This document shows, piece after piece, positions 11,419 through 22,264 of a DNA stretch of 64,000 bases. The stretch's first letter is position 1; every line of letters starts with the position of its first letter. The notes below the pieces were generated by a model, which saw only the letters and a list, made by a program, of their open reading frames with translations, did no database searches and had not been told where the DNA came from. The stretch is taken from contig AE017150.2 of NCBI GenBank assembly GCA_000002445.1, forward strand, positions 704,001 through 768,000, written 5' to 3'. Source of the DNA: Trypanosoma brucei (lineage: Eukaryota). The translations under genes and the position numbers were made by a program.

Positions 11419-14013
11419 TTATGTGGTCGCCTTTCGAACTACATCCTCCAACTCACGTTCTTGTTCCTCCAGAGACAAGTTCATACTACTGTAGTACTGA
11501 CCGATAAGACGAAAGACCGTGACATCACCCTTCTCATCGCCTACCACAACAGCAGGGGCATCTTGTTCAGCGAATAGCACCGCGGTGAGGCGTCGCCTGT
11601 CCACATATTGCACACGAGAGGTAGGATGAATGGATTCGGCAATGGACCAAAATTCGACACTTCCTTGTGCACTTACGGTGGCAAAACTTGTAGAGTTTGC
11701 GTAGGACCACGCCACATCCTGCACCGCATCCTGGTTGGGACTGTCAAACGTCAGCACTTGTGCAGATTGACCAAGGCGATAAAGACGAGAACTCCAGTCA
11801 GCCGAACAAGTTAGAAAATAGTTGTCACTGTATGGAGACCACCGCACGCGATACACTAGCTCAGAGTGGGGGGCATAGTCTAGTTCGTAGTTCTCTGTCT
11901 GACTCTTGTTGCATTGATGCACGGAACCATCTTCCGTACCAACTACATACACACTTCCATCAGCTGGACAGACATCAAAGCACATACCACCACATTGCCG
12001 TGAAAAAAGCGCTTCACATCTACGTCGTTGCGTCGGCATTTTCAGACCCGCAGGAGCGCCATCTTTTTTACCATTCAGGACGCCGCTCGACTCAGCGGCG
12101 AACGCAGACTCTGATGCGGCACCGTGCTGCCTCTTGAGGTTCATAAGATCAGGAGCCACACGCTCAATGGTTTTACCGACAGCCCACTGTACAACACGAC
12201 CATCGCCGGATATGGAAAGGAGGAACTCTCCTCGCTCCTTCCGCCGCGCCACCCATTTCAGCTCCCACACCGCCCCAGTGTGCTGACCGCTTGTGAGGGT
12301 GGTTTTGATAGCGGGGATATTTGTGTCCTTTCGTATGTCATAAATAACGATGCGCCCCTCCGTATTTCCGACCGCAAGAAGACTCGGATGCTCGTCGGAA
12401 AAGGCAATGGAGGAAACACCAGCTTCGGAGGAAAGTTGAATAACGCGCTCAGGAGCAAGAGGATTCTTGAGCGACCAGCAACATACAATACCACCATGAA
12501 ACATGTGTGGGGCATCTAACATTTGAGTCTCTTCGTCATGATACGCGCTGTAACCCACAGCAAGAATGTCGGTCTCTTTGCAATTCCACGCCATACAGGT
12601 TACCTCGCGCCGCTTTGTGATGGGCGATCGAAACGTCCATAAGGCCCTCACATCTTCAGGCAACTTCACTGGTGGCACTTCCGCCTTTTGTGCAACTGCT
12701 GCAGCAGAATCGTCGACCCCAGCTGTCTGTTGATCATTCTGCTGCTCTGCTTCTTTATTATCATCCGTAGTTGCAGAGTTCATGTCGTCTGAATCAGGTC
12801 CCATCAGACCTGACGTTGCCGCTTCCTCCTTCCTTACCCGACAAGCTTCTGGATCCATTACTATCCCTCTATAGGAGAGCTGCACCTCTTCCATGGTATT
12901 CTGCACGACTACGCGCTCCATCACGCGCAGGGTTGACATGATCGTGTCCGAAAACATCCACGCCACTGACTGTTGGGATGTACTTGCATTACTAGGATCT
13001 GTTGTGCGCTCGGAACCCGTATCCTTTCCGGTATCCGAGGGGTCCTCAACAAGTTCTACTTCCTCCTCCTCCTCATCCGCGGTTCCCTCTTGGTCTTCGT
13101 CATTTGTATCATTTTCGGCAAAATGCGCAAACGCGTCGCGAAGCATCCACGGTGTGACTTGTAACCCACCAGAATTCTTTTTGGACGGAGGCTGTATGGC
13201 AGAGTGAATAGACTTTTTCGGTGGCGCAAACGTCCAGGAGCCCTTCACCTGAAACCGCGTCCCCTCGTCCACACGTTTTGCCTCAACCAACTCGGCATAC
13301 GCTTTGTTGCGCTCTAAAACTTCGTTTAACTCAGTCGGCCGATCGTTTGGAACTACTTCATCCTGGTGCATGTAGAGCATGATCGTTGGGGTTTCGTGAA
13401 GCACAACAGTTGTTTTTTCCTCTAACCACTCGCGGCGCTGCTCCCGAGTGAGCACCTGCGTCGCGTCGCCGCGGCCGTGACCATCCCACGACGTGTGTGG
13501 CGGCGCGTCAGCCAGCGGACCACTTCCGGCTGCTCGAGCGGAACCGGTGGTTGTGCTCGAGAGGCGGTGATCAATTGAAATACTCGTGAGTGAGGACGAC
13601 GCAGTGAGGAATCCGACTTGAGATTGATTTGCCCCTTCTCCCGTGGATGGAATTGGAACAACATCAGCAGAAGCATTCAAGGCAGATGACTGAAATATGG
13701 AGTTGGAGTCGGGAAGCATTGCTTGACTTACAGACGTCGTTATCTGACCGCTTGTGTTCTGACTAAAGGGGTGACGCGGATCGTGCGGAGCTCCGCTACC
13801 AGCCCTTTGAAGTGGAAGCGGTGTACGGTCAACGCCATTGTCCAGAACGTGAATTGCTGCTTCTACTTCCTTTTTTGAGTCCGTTGAGCGCCGCCTGCCT
13901 TCCCCTTTACCCCGACGGACGTGGGAACCTCTCACCGCGCTACGGTCACTGCCGCCCCGGCGGTGTCCGCCCGTGGTTGACATTTGGTTTCCACTCGAGG
14001 AGCCATTTTTCAT
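11419..14013 (-). CDS. WD40-repeat protein that resembles a dynein intermediate chain. It has a long disordered S/G/T-rich N-terminus and a C-terminal beta-propeller.
   Basis: ORF 11419..14367. The first 118 codons translate an F/S/L/P-rich polypyrimidine tract and are unlikely to be coding. The first ATG at 14013 (MKNGSSSG) is preferred. The segment 'VTCMAWNCKETDILAVGYSAY...GGIVCCWSLKNPLAPE' resembles the conserved first WD blades of dynein intermediate chains, and several WD-like repeats follow. Confidence 0.45.
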   Translation of the reverse strand: MKNGSSSGNQMSTTGGHRRGGSDRSAVRGSHVRRGKGEGRRRSTDSKKEVEAAIHVLDNGVDRTPLPLQRAGSGAPHDPRHPFSQNTSGQITTSVSQAMLPDSNSIFQSSALNASADVVPIPSTGEGANQSQVGFLTASSSLTSISIDHRLSSTTTGSARAAGSGPLADAPPHTSWDGHGRGDATQVLTREQRREWLEEKTTVVLHETPTIMLYMHQDEVVPNDRPTELNEVLERNKAYAELVEAKRVDEGTRFQVKGSWTFAPPKKSIHSAIQPPSKKNSGGLQVTPWMLRDAFAHFAENDTNDEDQEGTADEEEEEVELVEDPSDTGKDTGSERTTDPSNASTSQQSVAWMFSDTIMSTLRVMERVVVQNTMEEVQLSYRGIVMDPEACRVRKEEAATSGLMGPDSDDMNSATTDDNKEAEQQNDQQTAGVDDSAAAVAQKAEVPPVKLPEDVRALWTFRSPITKRREVTCMAWNCKETDILAVGYSAYHDEETQMLDAPHMFHGGIVCCWSLKNPLAPERVIQLSSEAGVSSIAFSDEHPSLLAVGNTEGRIVIYDIRKDTNIPAIKTTLTSGQHTGAVWELKWVARRKERGEFLLSISGDGRVVQWAVGKTIERVAPDLMNLKRQHGAASESAFAAESSGVLNGKKDGAPAGLKMPTQRRRCEALFSRQCGGMCFDVCPADGSVYVVGTEDGSVHQCNKSQTENYELDYAPHSELVYRVRWSPYSDNYFLTCSADWSSRLYRLGQSAQVLTFDSPNQDAVQDVAWSYANSTSFATVSAQGSVEFWSIAESIHPTSRVQYVDRRRLTAVLFAEQDAPAVVVGDEKGDVTVFRLIGQYYSSMNLSLEEQERELEDVVRKATT

Positions 14014-14654
14014 ATTTGTACTTACTTTGTTTTCCTTTTTTTGCTTTATCCCCCTCTCCACAGCTTTGCAATATAGGTGTGCGTTTCTGTATTTGCCCTT
14101 CGTGAACTTTAAGTGCAATGCCTCCTTCCACACTGTTGTCCCTCCCAGCTGTATCCTCTCTTTGCTTGTCGGAAACCGTTGAAAGATGCAACGACGTTGA
14201 AAATTACCCGCCCTCCATGATGTAATGAGCGAGAAGAAGGGGAAGAAAGGGCACGAAACAATCGCAAAAAAAAATATAGGTAAAGAAAAAGGTGAAAATA
14301 CATACAAATGCGGTAATAAAGAAAAAAATAAGGAGCTAGACAAAGATGATCCACCATTATACCCCACCGTATTTAAAAATACAGTTTATTTTCAACTTTG
14401 GGTGAGAAAGTGAGAAAACACAACGCAAAAAAGAGAGGAATGTACAGACACAAGCGCAACAGTTCCACAAACGTGACAGTAACCATGGAATCCCATCGCA
14501 AAATTTTCCTCCTCTCTCCTCTTTTTATATGTTCTAACTTCCTCACCCCGCTCGCGTACACTTCCGCTTCCATTTGAATGCTGCGAGCCAACAAGGGAAA
14601 CTTCTCCCGCCAGGAGGCACTACAGGGACGTACCACACATACGTGAAGTATTAG

Positions 14655-15467
14655 TTAACTCGTCGCGAACTCACGTACGGGCTCCACATTATACACTTGA
14701 TCTTCCGGACCAACAAAGGAAGAGATGTCCACGAATTGTACTGGAACCTGGAAATTGGCAAATGAGAATTTCCTCGCCTCATCCAGTGACAGTTCATGTG
14801 AACGACAGCCATGCGTTGCGGCGTTCCTTCGTGATTTGTTACCCGAACCTACGGCAACCCCCGACGCATTTACAATACTCTCGAGCCGCTGCACGCCGCC
14901 GTGGCGGGTGCTCAAGCAGTGCGTTATTTCCTTCTCGAGCAGTTTCTGCACAGCCTTTGCGGAGTAGCTCGTCAGTTCATCACGTTTCGTGCACGCAATC
15001 AACACACTTTCCACGCCGAAAAATTCAGTGGAAGAAAGGACAGCAACTATAAGCTCTGCCACAGCTTCAGCCCCCTCGTGGGGGTCTTGAATAGTGACTG
15101 CGTCAACAACAAACACAACCTTCTTTACTTCTTCAAGAGCTCGCATGAGGGACTCGCGCAGGCGGCGGTGTCCGGGGAAGTCAATAATTGTCACACCACT
15201 TGATTCCGATCCTGCGGTGGGATCCTCATTTTCGGCTGCAGACGCCAGCCGCATCACGCCCCTGTTGGGTTCCATACTTGTGCGCACTTGCACACGTTTT
15301 CGCGCCACCAGCTGCGCAAACAATGTTGTTTTGCCACTACCAGTGAGGCCAACCAACAGCACGGAGCGAGAGCGTCGTCGTGTGGTTCCTCGGACCGCGG
15401 AAAAGAGGGTGGAGATGTAATAGGCAACGAGGAGCGCCACAATGATTGTGACGGCAATTAAAAGCAT
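14655..15467 (-). CDS. Signal recognition particle receptor beta subunit (SR-beta)-like Arf-family small GTPase with an N-terminal transmembrane anchor.
   Basis: The ORF-track start is GTG. The in-frame ATG at 15467 gives MLLIAVTIIVALLVAYYISTLF, a transmembrane helix, followed by the G1 motif LLVGLTGSGKTTLF and a DFPGH G3 motif. Both the architecture and the DxPGH motif are characteristic of SR-beta. Confidence 0.55.
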   Translation of the reverse strand: MLLIAVTIIVALLVAYYISTLFSAVRGTTRRRSRSVLLVGLTGSGKTTLFAQLVARKRVQVRTSMEPNRGVMRLASAAENEDPTAGSESSGVTIIDFPGHRRLRESLMRALEEVKKVVFVVDAVTIQDPHEGAEAVAELIVAVLSSTEFFGVESVLIACTKRDELTSYSAKAVQKLLEKEITHCLSTRHGGVQRLESIVNASGVAVGSGNKSRRNAATHGCRSHELSLDEARKFSFANFQVPVQFVDISSFVGPEDQVYNVEPVREFATS

Positions 15468-16003
15468 CTCCACCAGTAGATTTCTGTCCTCGTCTTTGCT
15501 TCCTTTTCTTTTTCGTTTCTCCACTCTTCCTCTCTCTACACACTGTTAACAGCCTTTCCTTTTTTTCTTTTCTGTTTCCCTTCTCACCTCTTTTGTGTCA
15601 CACCAAGTTTCTGCGGAGCACCCTCTACTGTTTTTTTCTCTTTGCTTCACGATCGGTGTCTGCTCTTCCCCTTATGCGGTGACGCGTCCGTTATCCGCTT
15701 CACTTAAATGAACAAATAGTTGCGTTATTAATGAAGTAAGTAACACCGATCTAATGAGCTGGTGCAGTATATAAGAAGTGTGTTTTGCCTTTTTTTTCTT
15801 TTTTTAAATATATTTGAAGCAAATTTTGCAAACCAGCCTTTCACAGAAGAATGTGATATATAGAAATGCGGTCCGCGACGAATTGGGGGAAGAACGATGA
15901 AAAGAGAAAAGAAAACGAGAACAGACAACAAACATATGATAGTGTCGAGACAGAAAAAAAGTTATGGATGTCATTAAAATCAAATGAAAGGTTGCACATG
16001 GTG

Positions 16004-16010
<7 letters not shown>

Positions 16011-16046
<36 letters not shown>
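16011..16046. repeat. (CA)n dinucleotide microsatellite of about 18 units in an intergenic region.
   Basis: Directly visible: cacacacacacacacacacacacacacacacacaca. Confidence 0.95.
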
Positions 16047-16048
<2 letters not shown>

Positions 16049-16226
16049 TACAAAAGGAAACGACAACCATTTATGGGACACCAGAACTCACCCCACAAAA
16101 TGTTATTCGCACAAAAAAAAATTGTGAAAATATGTAAATTAATAAATCTGACTGAATTCGATGTGAACTTTGTTTTTCTTCCCTTTTTTGTTTTTTATTT
16201 TACGTACGTGTAAGTGAGAACTGATA

Positions 16227-17636
16227 TCAGTTTAGTTTCTCATAAGTTTTGCGAACGGTTTCTTCCAAGGACTCATGTGATGGCATCTTCGTCGTGTCGC
16301 CATACACAGTGAATGTGAGTGGCTTTTTTATCATATCAGCGCAAACACGTTTCAAGTCATCCAATGTTATGTTGCGTGTTCCTTCCATTGTTTCCGTGGC
16401 TGTTATTATGTGATTGTGCACAACCAAGTTGAAACCCATATCAGAGAGGAGTTGTTCTCTCCCCTCACCTAGCAATATGAGCTGCGAGCGGAGTTGATTC
16501 TTCGCCATTTCTAAATGCGTGGGACTAACCCGTTGGCAAATAGACGCCGCTTGATATATCATTACGTTAAGAAGCGATACAACGGCCTGATGGGGGGCAG
16601 TACCATAAAGCCCAAACAATCCGCCGTCACTATACCACGCAGTGATGCATTCTAGCCCATGTAAGAAACCTTCCCTATTAAGCACCTCACGGAACAACTT
16701 TGTCTGCATCCCTTTACCAGGACCACCGGAGCTAAACGATGTGCCCCCGCCAAGAAGTGTTTGAATCACACTTATGTTGTAATAATCCGGGTGGTTGATT
16801 GGTACGCCCTGAAAGAAGAGAGCCACATGACTCAAACTCTTCTCTTGAAACTTATTCACGCTTTCTGGAGCCTCCGTGCGGTGGACCAAACGACTGCCAC
16901 CCGTATAGGGGTAGTAACCGGGTTGCAGCTGCGGCATTGCCTGCACCGCTACGTCTGCATTGTTGAACCGCAACAACTTCTCCACCTCTTCAGCAAACGA
17001 CTTGTGATCGGCCACTCCCGTCGCGGCTAGTACGGTACGCTCTGGACGTGTGCAGGCGCTGTGGAATGCCGTAAATTTCTCCAACGTAAGTTTGTCGAGT
17101 TCTTCCTTTTTTGGATTGAGGGAATGTCCCAGACCTTTACCGTTCCATCCCGCTTCATGGACAAGCTCAAAACATACACTGGTAGCGTCACGATCATATA
17201 ACAATGTTCGCTCGTGTGTTTTCTCCTTTGCAATGCGAAACTCCTCCTCATTTCGCGTGGGGTGGAGGCACATGGCGTTAAGAAGCTCCAACCCATCACG
17301 CTGGTGGTATCGCGGCAGCATGAGAATAACGGAGAGAGCTTCTTTATTATTCGTCACCTTAAAAGCGTTACCGAGGCCACTCAATGCTTGGCTGATCTCA
17401 CGGCTAGTATAAATTTGATTATCACGTAGCGGAAGGGCTTCAAACACCGCAGCAGCACCAGCGTTGTCAGGACTTTCAAACTTGGCACCATTCAGCATAA
17501 AGAGTCCCATACCCGTGACTCCATTACCATCATCGCATGTGAGCACACGCAAACCATTGGTGAGTGTTGAAAGTGAATAATTGTCTTTTATGACTGTTTT
17601 GGCTATGCCTAAACGTGGAATACAATGACGCAGCAT
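16227..17636 (-). CDS. M16-family (pitrilysin-like) inactive peptidase, the mitochondrial processing peptidase alpha subunit.
   Basis: ATG start confirmed at 17636. The M16 fold is present, but the HxxEH zinc motif is absent and 'AAAVFEALPL' sits in its place. A glycine-rich loop 'LGGGTSFSSGGPGKGMQTKLFREVLN' is diagnostic of alpha-MPP. The N-terminal MLRHCIPRLGIAKT resembles a mitochondrial presequence. Confidence 0.75.
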   Translation of the reverse strand: MLRHCIPRLGIAKTVIKDNYSLSTLTNGLRVLTCDDGNGVTGMGLFMLNGAKFESPDNAGAAAVFEALPLRDNQIYTSREISQALSGLGNAFKVTNNKEALSVILMLPRYHQRDGLELLNAMCLHPTRNEEEFRIAKEKTHERTLLYDRDATSVCFELVHEAGWNGKGLGHSLNPKKEELDKLTLEKFTAFHSACTRPERTVLAATGVADHKSFAEEVEKLLRFNNADVAVQAMPQLQPGYYPYTGGSRLVHRTEAPESVNKFQEKSLSHVALFFQGVPINHPDYYNISVIQTLLGGGTSFSSGGPGKGMQTKLFREVLNREGFLHGLECITAWYSDGGLFGLYGTAPHQAVVSLLNVMIYQAASICQRVSPTHLEMAKNQLRSQLILLGEGREQLLSDMGFNLVVHNHIITATETMEGTRNITLDDLKRVCADMIKKPLTFTVYGDTTKMPSHESLEETVRKTYEKLN

Positions 17637-18500
17637 ATTCAGCTTTCTATTGGCTACTTCGGCTTATCACAACCTCCTACGCTAAACGTTGATGAAAATT
17701 TTCACCTTGCCGCTTTTTTTTTAAAAGAAGATACGTTATATCCACCTTTTTTTTTTCGTTGTTTCCCCTCCACCTTTTATATATTTCCCTGTGCTACTTG
17801 AGTGAAGGACAAGACACAGAAATCGTTACTTCGTTTCCTTCTGCACCTCGGACAAGACTACTGATAATACAGAACAATTTGATCAGGTTATTTTTTTTTT
17901 GTGGCAAGCCGATACAACAGTGCGTATCGGCAACCAAATGAATCAAAACCGCCATGAATTTCATCCAAACAAGGAAACAACCAAACAAAAAAAAAAAAGA
18001 GAGAACAACCAACAGAACGAAATAGTGTGGTCATACAATAGCGAAGTGAAGAGCAAGAAGATCAATATTGGTATATTCACGCATCCAGCCAAGTACATAT
18101 ACCTATGGAGATATTCGCATAATTAAATGTGTTCACGCGGACCGAATCCTCCCTTTCCTAAACTTCTTTCTAAAAAAAAAAGATAATGTCAATTAACGGA
18201 ACTCATAATAACAACGACAAATCAGTGAGAGGAGAAAACAAAGTAATTTTAAAAAATATATAGAAAAAACATTTGAATGTAATAGAGCGCTACCACAATA
18301 CAGTACACAGACACCAACAAACGCAGTGCACGCGGATACACGCACGCGATTTAGTGACTCTTCACCTTCGATCCTATTTCACTTATACCTCCCAACTCCT
18401 CCCCCTTCTTTTAAAAAATTTCGTTCCTCGCGTCTCTTCTTCTTTTACCCTCATTCCTTCTTTTCTCTCCCCTTCTCTGCACATAACACTGTCAAATCGC

Positions 18501-20912
18501 TTACGGCCACGTGGAACGAAATGTCTGTTGAGATGACGCCATTTGACGCAGTTCCTCGCAAGGGAGTGGAAACAAGGCATCACCAAAGGTTTTGTTGTAA
18601 ATTCGCATGCGATGCACAACATTCGGAAGACCGAATTTGTCCGCGTAATAACACAGTCCACCCCTCCAAGCAGGGAAACCGTGTCCAAAAGTTGTCGCGA
18701 TATCAATGGCAGATGAACTACTAACCGCCTCCTCACGCAAAAGCATGGCTGCCTCATTCACAGCGGCAAAGAGAATGCGTTCAATCATCTCTTTCCGACT
18801 TATATCACGGCGCATTATCTTTTTCTCACGACACACATCGAGAATCAATAACTCAACATCACGATCCTGATAAGGCCGACGCATAAGCGAGGCTCCTCCT
18901 TTGGACCAAACCCCATACGTGTTCTTCGTGCTATTTGATGCTGAGCCAATCAACCGCTGTCGCCATGCAGCCAAAGACGAAAACAAATCCCCTTCCTCAT
19001 ATGTGTACCAACCCCGCCCTGTCTTTTGTCCAAAATGGCCCATCTCCACCAACCGGCGGTGAATGGTGAAAACATCAGTGGGTGGACAGGGAGAGCGAAC
19101 ACCGCTACATCCCTCTCGAACCCTAAGAGAGTTAAGTATCTGGGACACTACTTGAAGTCCTGCAAGATCCTCCATCGCAAATATGCCTAACCGGAAACCG
19201 AAATGCCTCATCGCGCGGTCGATATCAACAGGAAATGCACCTTGCTCTAACATGGAGAGCGCCTGATAAAGAATCGCAAAGAATATTCGAGAAATAATAC
19301 TGAAGCCAACGTCCCTGGTAAGGATCGTCGCTTTGTGAAATAATCTTCCAACATGAATGGCCCGCTGTAGTGTTGTGTGATCTGTTCGGTACCCCCGTGT
19401 AACTTCAAGGAACGGTACATTATGCACAGGGGGAGCAAAGTACATTCCAACAACCTTTTCTGGCCTTCGTGAAACCTTCACGAACTCCCTGAGTTCGAGC
19501 GAGGAACAACAAGTTGCCAACACACAATGGGGGGGACACAAATCAGTCAACATGGTGAACACCTGCCGTTTAGTGTCCAAATCACCAACAATACACTCCG
19601 CCATGACATCTACATCTTGAAGCACTGTCTGAAGGTCGCCATGATACGGCAAAACTTTCAAATTATTAAGGTACATATTTACACAATCCGCGCTAATATT
19701 GTAACCCAAGGCATCGTTCGGCAGTTCTGACTTTATGACATGAAGCGCATATTCGCACTCATTGTCGTCTTCACCCAAGAGTACCACCTGCGAACCAGCA
19801 CGCAGTGCCATAATGACGATGCCAATGCCAACAACACCGCACCCGACAACAGCCAACTTGCGGAGCCGCTGCTGCTGTAGTCCCGTTCCAGCTCTCACTG
19901 GCAGTGTTGGGAGTGTGTCACTAAGCACAGTGTAGGATGAGCGGAGTAAATGCTGCATTGCATGTGCCTCAGGTGAATGTAGTGTTTGCTTAAATATTCT
20001 CGTCTCCTCTGCAAGACCTTCCTTAAAGGATGCAGAGTTGGTGGCCGCCCGGATTGCCTGCAGGCACTGTAGCGGGGCGCTAACCTCTTTGGGGGCCTTC
20101 TTCGTTATCTCACTTCCCACGCGCCGGAATAAAATAGAATTGTAGAGCATAATGCCCAGCTTCGTCGCATCACAAGAAATGCGTCGCGGTTTGGTCCACC
20201 GCGCGGACAACCGCAGGGCTGCCTCGATGGCACTTTCCAAATTTCCATTCGGATCGGTACAACAGAACGGCCCCTGTGCACTTACTCCATTCACATCTTG
20301 ATCTCGCCTCTCTTCATGGGGTGATGACGTGAGATGATCAATAAGACCTAGACGCAATGCCTCCTTTGCACTCACCTTCCTTCCAGTGCTGATAATGTCG
20401 AGAGCTGCACGCACACCAATCAGCCGCGGCAGTCGCTGCGTCGCTCCACCACACGGCACAATACCCAACTTAACCTCCGGCATACAAAACACGGAAGTGG
20501 GGGAAGCAACCCTATAGTGGGCTGCGAGTGCCAACTCCAAGCCGCCTGAATATGTGATCCCGCTTGTTGCCGCAATAACTACCTTGTCACTTTGTTCTAT
20601 TCTGGTAGTAAGTGACGGCAAGCTGGGGATCCTTACCCCGTTTTCTTTGGTGGTGTCAACCAAGGAGGCAGCAAAATCATTAATATCGATACCACAAGAA
20701 AATGCTCCACCCTCACCGGCGATTATAATACACTTCACAGAGCTATCATTATCGGCCTCGTTGAAAAAGTGTAGAAGCGCGGCCCGCATGTCTACCGTTA
20801 GCGCGTTCAGCAGCTCATGGTGCAATATGAGAACCACCGCATCACCACGGCGCTGCAGATGGCAAAAGCGACGGAAACCAACGTGGCTTGATATGGTTTC
20901 CAAGCGACGCAT
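18501..20912 (-). CDS. Bifunctional enoyl-CoA hydratase/isomerase and 3-hydroxyacyl-CoA dehydrogenase (trifunctional-enzyme alpha-like), probably mitochondrial.
   Basis: The ORF-track start is TTG, and the ATG at 20912 (MRRLETISSHVGFRRF, presequence-like) is preferred. A crotonase fold sits at the N-terminus (GEGGAFSCGIDINDF). The central region carries a Rossmann motif VVGCGVVGIGIVIMA and 3-hydroxyacyl-CoA dehydrogenase C-terminal-like helices. There is no C-terminal PTS1. Confidence 0.8.
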   Translation of the reverse strand: MRRLETISSHVGFRRFCHLQRRGDAVVLILHHELLNALTVDMRAALLHFFNEADNDSSVKCIIIAGEGGAFSCGIDINDFAASLVDTTKENGVRIPSLPSLTTRIEQSDKVVIAATSGITYSGGLELALAAHYRVASPTSVFCMPEVKLGIVPCGGATQRLPRLIGVRAALDIISTGRKVSAKEALRLGLIDHLTSSPHEERRDQDVNGVSAQGPFCCTDPNGNLESAIEAALRLSARWTKPRRISCDATKLGIMLYNSILFRRVGSEITKKAPKEVSAPLQCLQAIRAATNSASFKEGLAEETRIFKQTLHSPEAHAMQHLLRSSYTVLSDTLPTLPVRAGTGLQQQRLRKLAVVGCGVVGIGIVIMALRAGSQVVLLGEDDNECEYALHVIKSELPNDALGYNISADCVNMYLNNLKVLPYHGDLQTVLQDVDVMAECIVGDLDTKRQVFTMLTDLCPPHCVLATCCSSLELREFVKVSRRPEKVVGMYFAPPVHNVPFLEVTRGYRTDHTTLQRAIHVGRLFHKATILTRDVGFSIISRIFFAILYQALSMLEQGAFPVDIDRAMRHFGFRLGIFAMEDLAGLQVVSQILNSLRVREGCSGVRSPCPPTDVFTIHRRLVEMGHFGQKTGRGWYTYEEGDLFSSLAAWRQRLIGSASNSTKNTYGVWSKGGASLMRRPYQDRDVELLILDVCREKKIMRRDISRKEMIERILFAAVNEAAMLLREEAVSSSSAIDIATTFGHGFPAWRGGLCYYADKFGLPNVVHRMRIYNKTFGDALFPLPCEELRQMASSQQTFRSTWP

Positions 20913-22264
20913 CTCGTAGCTGTGTATCTTTGCTCTTAACAAATAAATGGCAGGAACAGCCAGAAGCGGTGGTCAAAAAATGAGCCGCTACACCCCTCGT
21001 GACACACACACACACAAAAAAAAAAAAGACAGGTGAACATGAAAACCAAATAAAGAACATGTAATCAACCGAAAACAGTACACTACAGAGTCTGACGTAT
21101 CAACGAACTCGGCTTACATTACCAAAAGGAAGAAAAGTACAATGATGTTATGGAATCATTGTGTGGAAGGGTGGCCGCACACACGCGCGAACAAAAAGTT
21201 AAATTTCTACCGCCAATCAACCTCCGATCCCACAGATTTCCGCCCTTCACGTTGCGTCCTTTAAATCCATTGTTTCTCACTAACAACGCGTCATCGTACC
21301 TGCGAGCGATAAAAAAATAAATGTGTAAAATGTCGCCGCCAACTCAAGTCATGATGATGCGTCCACATCATTGATTACTTCTCCACACAATTTTATAATA
21401 TATCTTCCATTCATTAAAGGAATTTAAACTGTCACCGTTTCGATCTCAACACAGAAGTTCCTCGCCCTTCTACCTCCATTACTACCCCCCATCACAAAGC
21501 CACTGCATTTTTCATCATCTCACTATAATACCCTCTTGTCACGCATTTTCACCACTACTGCACCGTCCGAATTCCCTTCGTATTAAACTCACCGGTACCA
21601 GACAGATGGTGGAGAAAATGATAATAACAACAAAAGTTAGGTAACAAAACGACCGAAGAGATGACACTATTTGGGTAAGTCGGTCGGTGAAGGGAGACGG
21701 AACTTCCAACAGCGCGTGACGGAGAGAAATAGGTTGAACTGGAAGATTTAGGACAGCCTTTTCTTGCATCCAACTCTATTTCTGTAAATATGTATATGTT
21801 ATCGCAGGTGCGTGCACCTCAGTGGTAACAGGTTCAGAAAAATGACTGGGTGATATCAATGAACATCAGTACACCAACGTACAACACCAGTAACAACAAT
21901 TAAACAAACAAAGGGAGGTTAGTAGCGAAACTTCACCCATACCGTTTCCAAGGGACATCAACACACTTAGATGGACTTGCAAAGAATTGAAATGATGAAC
22001 ACTATGTCTCCTGCACAGCTCCTTCCACCTGAAACCCCAGTAATATATTGAGGAGTCGAAAGTGGCGGGGGTGGTTGGAGAATGGTGCTTCTCACCTATT
22101 CCCTCCCGCTTTCTTTCCTTTTTAGCCTCCACGGTTATTATCACTTTGTACTTCCCGTGTTGCATCGTACCGGTGGCACAAACAAGGGAGGAAGGAGAAA
22201 ATAGCTCCAGGAGCACCAATCCCGTATCTGAAGATCAAACGCAACTTATCCCCTTCAGTCATCG

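Noticed and set aside
21866-22219. A 117-aa minus-strand ORF in the intergenic region between the enoyl-CoA hydratase gene and the 729-aa gene.
   Set aside because: It is short and Cys/Leu-rich with odd composition, and it overlaps the likely UTR and polypyrimidine region. No conserved motif is visible, so it is probably non-coding.
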